A DNA stretch of 64,000 nucleotides from Botryllus schlosseri (taxonomy: Eukaryota): the NCBI GenBank assembly GCA_051294905.1, contig CM119385.1, positions 12,710,001 through 12,774,000 of the forward strand, in the 5' to 3' direction. The notes under the pieces were generated by a model that was given only the letters and a program-made list of their open reading frames with translations, ran no database searches and was not told the DNA's origin. Shown here piece by piece: positions 28,101 through 40,100 of the stretch (its first letter is position 1; each line of letters opens with the position of its first letter). The translations under genes and the position numbers were made by a program.

Positions 28101-31100
28101 TTTCTGTCAACCCCATGAAATTGTTGAGCTGTCTTCAAAGACGATGCAAAACAAATTTGAGTCAATTCCGACTTGTAGAAGCGGAGTTATTCGAGTTTTT
28201 CGTTGATAATTCTAAGATTATCCTTGATCCGGGGATTATCAACGAAAAACTCAAATAGTTCCGCTTCTACAAGTCGGAATTGACTCAAATTTGTTTTGCA
28301 TCGTCTTTGAAGACAGCTCAACAATTTCATGGGGTTGACAGAAAAATTTGAGAATTTTTATTTTTTTATTTTTAATAATAATTTAAAAATTTCAATTCAA
28401 GATTGCACGGTCGTTACTGGTTGGAATTGAGTCAAATTTGGTGTGCATCGTTTTCTTGGACAACCTGACGATTTAGTCATTAGGCGAGTGAGATTTGGAA
28501 AAAAAAGTTTTTTTTGAACAACCCTAGTGTCCATGCATGATTTGTTGTGGTGATTGTCATTAAACGCACTTACTTGTAATCTGGCAAACATTGCCGAACG
28601 ATGGATCTGCATTGTCCTTTCTTAGAGTGTTGAGGTCACAGTCCCTACTGCTCCAAATACGTATATATTTTTAATGAACAAGGCTACATATAACCTTCAA
28701 TGCGAATCAAATTATTTCAAAATATCGACTCATCACAGCCATATTCACCGTTCTATTCTAGTCGCAGATGTGAGGTTCCTAATAGATAGGCGATCCTTTT
28801 TTTAACTACTCGACTTTTTTCCGTAGGATTTGGAAAGTTTCCAAAGATACAAGAACGAAATTGCAAAGAAATTCTTTGACGACGCGCCAGAAGAGGTGCT
28901 AGCAGCAGATCCATTGATATACTGCCATTTCGCGACGGGAATCGGAGACCCAAAGTACATGCCGGTAAGCAACCTGATTTCCCAGGATCACACTTTCAAT
29001 GTCGCGTGTAGAGGTGGTCAGTGATGCAGTACCCAAGCAGGTATTTTCTACTTTCACTGATTAGGAGGTCAAGACCCGTCAGGGGTCATCATCAGCAACT
29101 AATAGAGAATTGGAAGAACATTTTATATGAGCAATCGTATCACAAAATACGACTCCACCGGCATGAAACTTCGAATAATTGGGGGTTTGGGCCTGTAATA
29201 GGCCCAGGAAATCACTACTTTTATTGTATGATACTTTTACCAAAGCACCATCGATCACTCCTTTGACTACATCCAGGTAAATGACTGGCCGACGATTAAG
29301 CAACTGCTTGACGAAGGCCTGGAAGGCTACAACGAGGTCAACGCCGTGATGAACCTGGTCCTGTTCGAAGACGCGATGTGCCACGTTGCCCGCATCAACC
29401 GCATCCTGGAGTGCCCGCGCGGCAATGCGCTACTCGTCGGCGTAGGCGGTTCCGGGAAGCAGAGCCTCTCGAGGCTGGCGGCGTTTATCAGCGGACTGGA
29501 GGTGTTCCAGATCACGCTGAGGAAAGGGTATTCGATTGCGGATTTGAAGGTGGACCTGGGCAATCTCTATATTAAAGCTGGCCTGAAGAGTATACCGACG
29601 ATGTTTTTGCTCACGGACGCGCAGGTGGGTCGTCGGATTTGTGTGTTTTCACGGGGCCGTGGGGTCGGTCCGATTTGCTGTCGACTCAAACTCCATCAAA
29701 ATGCTGTGACCTATTATTTGTCATACAGCTGTATCTCATCCCATTTAATCATGCATATTTGACACAGCAATATTATACTGAACACTCGAACAGAGCATAT
29801 TGTGAACCTATTTCTACGTCTTATTTCTTCATTTATTCTGTTATTATGCATGGTGCAATGCATATTCTAATATCCTGGTATCATATCAATTGCCTATGCC
29901 ACGACTCCGACTCCAGAGATATTCAATTTATCATCTCTGACTCCGGAAGCTTTGAACCGACTGCAGCTCAGACTCTTAATATTTTCTTCGCGTAGCTCCA
30001 GATCCAACATTCCTCTAAATCTACTCTGAAAATTATACCGAGTGAATCAATCTATTAATTGTACAGGTGCAGAGAAATTAATCTTGTGAAGGCCTGCCTA
30101 CATGAAAAACTTGATAACTTCTATGACTGCGACACCACTTTCTGGTTTGATTTTAAAGTAATCGGAATCAGAGCAATTTAAAAGAGAGAGAGAGAGAGAG
30201 ATGATATTCTTTTTGCCTGCACCATCGAGATGCTTTGACCACAGAGATGCGATACGACCGTAAGGTCACCTAGTTTGCAACCCCGTTTTGTTTTCTCCTC
30301 CATGCTATCTGTGGTTGCTGAGTGCCTAGCAGAATAGCTGTGGAACCCACGACCTACCGATCGAGAAGTCGGACGTATCACCATTACACTATCTCGCTTG
30401 GTGTAAAAACTGCTATTACAGCCAGTATCTGTTTCTCTAACTACAACTCCAAAGAGTGGTACAAAATTTCTGTGGCTCCGACTCCGTCGATAGAATATAA
30501 TGAACTCTGGCTGCCATGCTTTATGGAAACGTTTTAATCAGCATGCTGTACTCTGGGCAGGTGCCAGACGAAAAGTTTCTGGTTCTTGTGAACGACTTGC
30601 TGGCGTCGGGCGAGATTCCTGAGCTATTGCCTGACGACGAGATTGAAAATATCATCGCCGGCGTGCGTAACGAAGTAAAGGGTGCAGGCTTGGAGGACAC
30701 GAGAGAGAATTGCTGGAAGTTTTTCATCGACCGCGTACGGCGACTTTTGAAGGTACCTATTCGATTATCGATGGTGATTCATTGACAGAGACGCTTCAAT
30801 TAGTAGCTGATTTGCCTATGAGAAAAAATATTAATGTCTCAGAAGTGGTTGAAATTTTATGCTAAGACATGAAAAGAAATAGCTTTGTGATTCAAATTCT
30901 CAAATCCTGGTCAAGTATTGATTGTAATACCTTCGAGTAACAAGGGTATGTTTTTGACGCATACCCCAATTTATCAAGGTCGTCCTTTGCTTCTCACCGG
31001 TGGGATCCACGCTGCGCGTGCGCAGTCGTAAATTCCCGGCCGTAGTCAACTGTACGCAAATCGACTGGTTTCACGAATGGCCGCAGGAAGCCCTACAGTC

Positions 31101-34100
31101 CGTCAGTCTCACTTTCCTACAGGTTGGGTTGAAAAATAGTTGTTGAACGTAATGTCGCATTATATATCATTTCATTGTTATCGCAGGACATCGAAGGAAT
31201 CGACGACGAGATTAAACCGTCGATTAGCGATTTCATGTCTTTCGTGCACATGAGTGTCAACGATATGGGAAAGTTGTACTTGGCCAATGACAGGTTTGTA
31301 TGCGGTGTGATGATCATTAATGTGAAACATGTACTCAACGGACGGGCGAATTGTTATTTCAGGCCTTTGGCGGGGTCCCGACTCTAATTAAACGCCCTGC
31401 AATTCTGTTTCATCGCAGTAACACTGCCCGTCAGGCCGTCAGATGCAAGTCAAAAGAGTTTTCCCTGCTAGCTTTTTAGCAAAACGTGGAAAAATACAAA
31501 TATGAACTCAATAATTTTTCGCGTTAAGTAATTCACTACTGCAGCTCAAAGGTTTTATGTTTGTTATTATTGTGTAACTTGACTCCTGAATTTTTCATGC
31601 ATACGGTTCTGCCTATTCCTCAATTAACCGTGTGTGTATGGCCTGGTTAACTTGGCCTACCTGGTCGAACTGTCTTGTGGGCATAGGCACCAAGCTATCA
31701 CAGATTTTTTTTATCGTACCATGGTGTACTGTGTTTATTGAACCAATGACAAATTTACTAACATAAATTATTTTCGAGGAACGCATATATATTAAGTACG
31801 AGGTATGAGAGTATTAACCATGTAACATTACCTATCTATACCTTTCATGGCAAGCATGAAGTATCATGAAGCGAATACATGCTCATTGCTCACGAAATGG
31901 AGTTACTAGATATATTCTTATCGATGAACATTTCAGACGATACAACTACACGACCCCGAAAAGTTTCCTGGAACAAATCAAGCTTTACCAGAGCATCCTC
32001 GCCATGAAGCGAAAACAGCTACACGCAAAAATGGAACGTCTGGAGAACGGTCTTACCAAACTTCAAAGCACCGCGTCCCAGGTCACTATCCATGAATCAA
32101 CGGTATCGATTACTATTCATTATAAACACCGAATTTTGTAAAGGTCGACGACCTCAAAGAGAAGTTAGCCTCCCAGGAAGTGGAGTTGAAACAGAAGAAT
32201 GAAGATGCAGATAAACTGATTACCGTCGTTGGTGTGGAAACAGAAAAAGTAAAACCTAATTCATGTTTTTGTTCTGTGCTCGGATTTTAAGGCTGATGTC
32301 AATTCTGGATAATGAGGTCTGCTATCATCATCATTGGTTTATTAGCAATTTTATCAGTTCAATACACCACAAAAAATGCGATACAATGAAAAGACAGGAA
32401 GATGTCGAAGCGACAAGGAGTAGTCTATGGAATCTGACACCCACCTTGGCCTAGGCGATGTAAAAAGGAGGCATGCACACTGAATGAAAGTAAAAAAGAT
32501 AGTATAGAAAAAGAAAGCGACAAGGAATAGGGCGGCATGTCATGGGAAGCGAGATCGATAGGTCAGTCGTGGTCCGGTAATCTTGGGGATGTACTGTATT
32601 TATTTAATAGTAATTGCTTGTATTTCGACTTGAATGCGGACATGCTCGTCGGATGGCTGGCGGGATACTGTTCCACACATCAGGTCGGGCATATTTGATG
32701 GAGCGATGATCTTTTCGGTCGATCATATGATATTTGGACGACGTGGTCGCGCGTGTGTTGTACTCGTGCGCTTTTGATTCCGAGGTAAAGAAGTCATTAA
32801 AATATTCGGGGCAACGACCGCAGTGGAACTGATTCATAAACTTGGCGATTTCTAGTTTCCGCATATCTTCTATGTTTAGGACGCCGAATCTCTTCAGCAG
32901 CGACTTATTGGATGGGCAGCCAGGCCCCTTTGGGGCCCTAGCTATGATTCGGAGTACTTTATGCTGTAGTTTTTGCAGTGGCTTGAGTGCAGTTTTACTG
33001 GCAGCCCGCCAACAGAGGATGCCATAATGTAACTTCGATTGGATTAGGGATTTAAAGAGTATCAGAAGAACCCATGCTGGCAAGAAGCGCCTAAGGCTGT
33101 AGAACAGGCCGCACTTTGGTGATAATTTAGTTTCTAGGGACTGAATATGACTCTTCCAGGACATGTTCGAGTCCAGTAAAACCCCGAGATATTTGGCATC
33201 ATCTGATGCATTGATTGTGATAAAAACAATCAAAATCATGTTCAGATTTCGAGTAATGAAGTCATCACTGCTATGGATGTTATAAGTTGGCGACTTGGAG
33301 AGTGTTCAGCACTGTTGGCTTACTTTATGCAGACTATAGTTCCTTCCGCCAATTAGAAATTCTACTACATTCTTACTACATCCTAGAAGGGGTTCCATGC
33401 AGTGAGCACCTTTCTTAATATGAAATTGTAATCCTTAGTTCGTATTCGAATCTGAGATCCATCAAAGACTCCAGATTTAAGCTTCTCGTTTGATATGGAT
33501 ACTAGGTTTACACTTTGTTTGCTCTACGGAAAATCATCCGATTACAAGTGAAAATAGATGACACGCATATGAGTATTTTAGTTCAGCTTTTCAGGAACAA
33601 ACTTGATGGCTTAATACTCCTCTTTCATCTTGGTAGAATGACCAATTGGACAGGAGAAAGTATATTTCCATCGTGCAAAAGAACAATTTTTAGGCTTGAC
33701 AAACTGCTTTTTTAACAAACAAAGTTCTCGCATCAGGTCATGTTAATATTGATGATATAACTGAGAACGACATGAGTGTTCATCGTAGTCAATTATCTAT
33801 TCATGCGCAGTATAAAAGTAGAAAAATCTAAGATTTACTTCCTACCAAGTGAAACTTTTCAAGGGGAAATACAGTGATTGTAAGCTTTTTTAGGGGTATA
33901 AATATCTTCTTTTCTAGAGCCAATCTGGCAAAACTAATGTAATATTCGTAATCAGCAACCTCGAAAACCCCAGAAGCGGCTCTCAGATGTTCTGCAAAAA
34001 CTTTTTTATTTCATTTTGTTGACCTGTGTTATCAGTGACGTATATCTATTGGGTATGAGCAGCACGCATCATCCTGAAGTTTTGATATCAGGGGATAGCC

Positions 34101-37100
34101 GCAACAGAGTACGGTGCTAGAAAGCTTAAATCATCTCGGTAATATCCCAGTAATACATCTTTGTCATTCTGGCTCTCCCGTGTAAGGGTTGCCATTGCGG
34201 GTGGGCTTCCTGTTGCAACCCTGCCCATTTGTCCAGGCTTGGAACGGGCATCAGAATGAACTGTACTCGCCTGTGGCTGTGATCTATTTCAACAGCAGCT
34301 GATGGGATTTGAACCCAGGCACCGCAATACAGCAACCAATGTCGGTCAGCCTATTTTAAATTGTTTCAATCCTATTCTTAGGTCAGTAAAGAAAAGGCTA
34401 TTGCCGACGGCGAAGAGAAAAAGGTGGCTGTAATTGCCAAAGAGGTCGGAGAATTTCAACGTTCCTGCGAACAGGAGCTGGTGAAAGCGGAACCTGCGCT
34501 CGTGGCCGCGCAGGAGGCCCTGAACACGTTGAACAAGGTTCTTCTTCCTCGTATTGTGACATCAAATCTTTGCTGCTCTCATGTCGATATTTGACATTCC
34601 AGAACAATCTGACGGAATTGAAGTCGTTCGGATCTCCGCCTGGCGCAGTAATCAGCGTGGTGGCCGGAGTTATGGTGCTGCTGGCGCCGCATGGTAAGAT
34701 TCCTAAGGATAGAAGTTGGAAGGCCGGGAAGAACATGATGGGAAAAGTGAGTCAATATCATTGTTCATCATAATTGGACAGGTATACACAGATGTTAGGT
34801 CTCTTCTTAGCATGTTTTATGTTGCTTTTCGATTTTGTATCGTTTCACAGATATATTGAAATGTCAAATTAGTAGAATTCCAACTGTTTTTGACGGACAT
34901 ATCAAACATCCAGAAAATTTCTCCAAATCATTGTATGCATTACAAATTTAGCATAGAAATATTTCAACTGATGTTGTCAATGTGGTACTGGCTTATAACT
35001 GTATTCAATCCTTGTATTTTTACATTTTCCAATGCTGGAATAGAGCCCTATCGATCGAGATAGTGTAATGGTTATGCGTCCGGCTTCTCGATCGGTAGGT
35101 CGTGGGTTCGATCCCCGGCCGGGTCATACCAAGGACTTGAAAATGGGTATCCGCAGCTATCCTGCTAAGCGCTCAGCAATCACGGATAGTATGGAGTAGA
35201 AACAAAAACAGGAGCGCAGACTAGATGACCTCATGGCCGTATCGCTACTCCGTCGTCAAAGCATCTCGATGGTGCAGGCGAAAAATAATATCATATCTCT
35301 CTCTCTCCCTATGCCCTAATGAGCATTAATTGCCGTGATAGTATAATTATATTAAGTATAGGCACACTACAAACAAAGGTATTGGTTTTTGGGCAGATTT
35401 GGCTGATCTGTCATGCAAGCGATAAAAAGAAGACTTAATATGGCCCACAACCCAGATTGAGCTTGACACACTTGACTTGTGGCATCTCTGTTCGTTAATT
35501 ACAGCGTCCATGATCTAGTGACTGTTTGCTTCGATGATTAAAACCTCACTGAATTTATCGCAACTCTTAATCGACAGGTTGACGCCTTCTTGGATCAACT
35601 CCTTCATTACGACAAGGAAAATGTTCACGAGAATTGCTTGAAGGCAATCAGACCGTATCTTGCTGATCCCGATTTTGATCCGGACTTCATTCGAGCCAAG
35701 GTCAGTTGATACAGACTGTTCAAGTTCAACTCTTGTCAATTTCCATCGCTATCGGTCTGGCAATCATCACATCACCGCGTTAGATGTGAAGGTTGTGAAA
35801 CTAGTCAATGTTGGTATTCATGTAGAAGTAGAACTAACGTCGTATAAGTAGCAATTTCCATGATAAATCAAAACTAGTAGTAGGAGGAAGTAGAATTGGT
35901 TGAGTGGCCGCATACTTTTAGAAGTTAAATGAAGGTGACTGCTCTACAAATTGCGAGGGGGTTCATCACACTAAACGACTTATGACAATTAGAAAGGTGG
36001 AATTTTCAAAAATGTATTCAGTTGTTGCGACACACGGACTAATTCGCCTAATTGCAAAGATCATTTTACGCTTAAAAGTGATGCAAAGATATCCCAAAAC
36101 TACTTTCTACGTTACAAAATCCAAAGTGAAGTCAAATTTTTTCGATAGAAGTGTGGAGTAGAATTGGGAATTGTCTAAAAATACTTGAGTTCCTTTTCAT
36201 GTTACTGTTTTATGTAGAAGTACCTTCCGAATGTAGCAAATAATTATCATCTCAATAATCCCCCTCACAACTTTGTATTCTGTTATTGGTCTGTATTCTA
36301 ATTATATATATTACTCATTTCAGTCCAATGCCGCCGCCGGCCTGTGCGCGTGGGCTATCAATATCGTTCGATTCTACGAAGTCTACTGCGACGTCGAACC
36401 AAAGCGTATCGCGCTGGCAAAGGCCAACGCAGACTTGTCGGCCGCGCAGGATCGCCTCACGTCCATCAAAGCGAAAATTGCTGTGAGTAGAACTCTATTT
36501 ACATGTTAGCAAACCAGTCAAAACTTGTGTATAAGCCCAGTATAATGCAGCTTTTCATGTGTGTGTTTTCTTCTTAAGATATGACTCCAGAAGGTTGCTT
36601 GCTACGATGCTGTGTATTCTTTCTCGATTGATGGGTTTCATATATGTAAATAGCCTGGTTAACTGTAGATTTAAACACCAAGACCGGACTGATTTTGTTG
36701 TTTAGTTTCCCCAAAACCTTTACTGAACCAATCGTAGACTAGCTCGGTTACGAACCAGATTGTCTATATTATTTTAGAATAGCACATGACATCACGGTGG
36801 AATCAGAGTGGCTTATGTCCATTTAACACAGTGGTTCTCAATCTGGAGGGTGCGGGAGTCTCTCAGGGGGGGCGCGAGAAATTGACAAAGTCTATATAAA
36901 TTTTGACGAAACATACGTTTCGCAACCATTCTGAAAAGACTAATGTTGAAGATGAAACTTATTTCGTATTCCAGAAAGCTTGCCAAATACAAACTCCAGC
37001 AGTCGAGCTCAACGGAGTTTAGGCTGATTTCAACTTCGTTTGAGCAAATTTTTGATATTCTCTGAAGATTTAGAGCAGTGGTTCCCAACCTTTTTCGACC

Positions 37101-40100
37101 CATCGCCCCCTTTTGAAGCTTCACACCGATCATCGCCCCCCAAATATCGGGAACCGAAAAACAGCACTTCGTCAGCCCCCCCCCCCCCCCCGCCAAAATA
37201 AAAACGTTGGTCTTTGGCCCCATAGGGTGATAAACCAAACCCGAAACCCCCCTCAGCCAATGGGCTTTTTGTCGCTTCATATCAGCCATACCCTATTTCA
37301 TGTACTGTTTGGTGAGTCACCGTACTTCGCGTAAACGCGCGAAGCGCGACAAATTTATGTAATTCATGTTTGAATCGGTCAATATGGTCGATGTGGTATG
37401 TTGTAAAAGGTAGGACCGGGAGGAATCGTTTTTATATTGACTTCTTTACATGATGCTATTTCGTGACCTCCCATACCTGCTATGTCAGAGAAATGGCTTT
37501 GAAGTGACATTGCTGCTGTCAAAATACATTGATTAAATACGATTTATTCGTTGTATATGTGGATAAATAGGTAAATAGCAATAGCAATCCAGCCCGCCAA
37601 GTATCTAATTTTCCTATATCCGGCCCGCCGACTGGAGAAGTTGTCCGCCCCTGGCCTAAGACAATATAGGTTGCCCGGTTTTGCCCTCAATTAGGTTACC
37701 CTAAATCAACACAATTTAATTCAATTCCAAAACTGATCAAATTTAGCATGGCAAGACAGAACGACGCTGTGCTCTCTGTAGTCACTACCAGCATTAGGAT
37801 TAGTCTCAGCGCAACCTACCTTGAAATAAATTCATGTCCTGTTCAATGTTTTTTTTTGTTATTTTCAAACAAGTCTGGGGGAAATTTGTCAGAAATGTAA
37901 AAGACTTAACAACTGGAATGCGGATTCGAACTTGGCGTAAGATATACCATATGTATACTATGGTACTATGCTACTATACTACTATACTATGTGCTCTTTT
38001 TGACATGACGATAAGTGCAGGGGGCGCAATTTTTTGACCATCGCCAAGGAGGGCACATGTCAAAAAAGGTTGAGAACCGCTGATTTAACACATTTGATAA
38101 AATAAAGTATTTGTTAATTTTCATTTTGTTTTCGCCATATCTTGACCATGGGTAACTACGGAACAATGAGATAAACGTAACCGTTGTCAAGACATGACCG
38201 GAAAAAATGAAAATTTCACAAAACTTGATTTTCTCAGAATTTGAAAAGGGAACTGATTGGCGACGATATATATTTCACGCAAATGCGAGAGTACTAACCA
38301 CATAACCCTTCATAACTATATTTCTCATGGCAATCAACAGGAATCAAAAAAGTCCTATCGGATATTGCTTTCATTCGACTGATATCAATGTTGGTAATAT
38401 ATTCTCACAAAATTAAGTTATTACTCAGTCGAACATCATTAGGATAGATTTTGATATACCCATGTCAACTTGGATTCAATTTGAAAAATCATTTCAATCC
38501 ACCATCTTGCCTGCATCGGTGCCAGATGAGTGTGCTTACTGTCACCAGACAGTATTTTTGTTGGAGGACAAGCGCCCTGCAATCGGAGCTTTGTGTAATC
38601 TCTCGAATCGAGGCTACTCATAAGTAATCACGACACCGTTTGTTGTTTAGCAATTGGACCACAATTTAGCGGAATTGACGGCACAGTTTGAAAAGGCAAC
38701 CGCCGACAAACTGAAATGTCAGCAGGAGGCGGAAGCCACGCAGTTGACTATATCACTGGCGAATCGCCTTGTGGGTGGCCTGGCGTCCGAAAACGTCCGC
38801 TGGGCTGAATCTGTCGGAGAATTCAGGAAACAGGTATGAGCGATATCGCCCGTTTGTCACTATAATTTTTTTTATTTCCCATTTCGATTTGCGACAGGAT
38901 CAAACTCTATGCGGGGATGTGTTGCTGATCACAGCTTTTGTGTCGTACGTGGGATACTTTACGAAATCATACCGAGTCGATTTAATGGACAGCTGGTTAC
39001 AATTTCTGAAAGAACAAAAGGTAATTAGGTGATAAAACTTAATAACTTGGGGTTTGAACAATAGGTAGCTTTAGAATTGTAGCATGCTCCTCTGACTATT
39101 ACCAAAAGTAGGCATTACTGTATTCCATAAGAAAAATACCAGGCTGTATTGCTAAGAGGCTATGATGAATTCACTGATGCAGACTGAGTAGGAAATTCAT
39201 ATTGAAATGATCCCGAAATTTTTTTTGCACATGATTTGCCCACAATTCTTAGTTATATTGCACTGTGTATACCGGTAGTCTTAATTTCATATTTGAGAAT
39301 TCTCTCGTCAGCAGTCATAACCTTCCATGCCGCCAAATTATCCGTTGGGATTGCTAGCATTTTGGTTGCTTTTTGTGATATGGCGATAAGGGAGTCGCGG
39401 AATTTTTCACTAACATAAAGAGGGCGTGTCTAAAAAAGTTTGAGAACCACTGTGCTAAAGGGAAAAAATTTGAAAAGTTTACTCTTTTGACTACAAAACT
39501 TGTGAAAATTTACAGAGGAAAAACTTGTTCAGAATGGGACATGATTAAGTGGATCTTGGTGGAGGATGTGGCCATGTATATCACTGCAGTATAGAAAATA
39601 GTTGTGTGGAAATGGTGGGGAGAACTTGAATTTATTGAATTTATACATTTCTTTAGCTTATTCAAATATGTAGAGACTTTTAAACAGTGTACGTTGCTTC
39701 CAAGTCCTTCTCCTTATCCTTATCGAAATGGTTTCGTTTCATTCTGCTCAAACCCGAACACTCCTGATTGTCGCAGGTCCCAGTGCCGACCACAGAAGGC
39801 CTCGACCCGCTCACGATGCTCACTGGGGACACGGACATTGCCCAGTGGAACAACCAGGGACTCCCATCTGACCGGATGTCGACGGAAAACGCCACCATAT
39901 TGTGCAACTGCGAAAGATGGCCGCTCATCATCGACCCTCAGCTGCAGGGCATAAAATGGATCAAAAAGAAGTATAACGGACTCAAGATCGTTCGAATCGG
40001 ACAGAGAGGGTGAGATTGACTAAATCAGTGATGCCGCTCCTTTAGTAGCGATGCTATCAAGCCTAATGGCTTAAAAATGTAGTTGGCCTACAACACTACC

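Noticed and set aside
29652-30490. GACTCC-repeat hAT-like MITE surrounding the 30183 SINE
   Set aside because: Motifs are suggestive (GGGTCGG / CCGACTCC) but the ends and TSD are too degenerate to support boundaries.
35056-35125. tRNA gene candidate
   Set aside because: A/B boxes are present but the cloverleaf is imperfect and it continues into a shared SINE body found in three copies.
36813-37289. 158-aa minus ORF with a poly-Gly run
   Set aside because: Lies wholly within nested MITEs; the Gly run comes from a poly-C tract.
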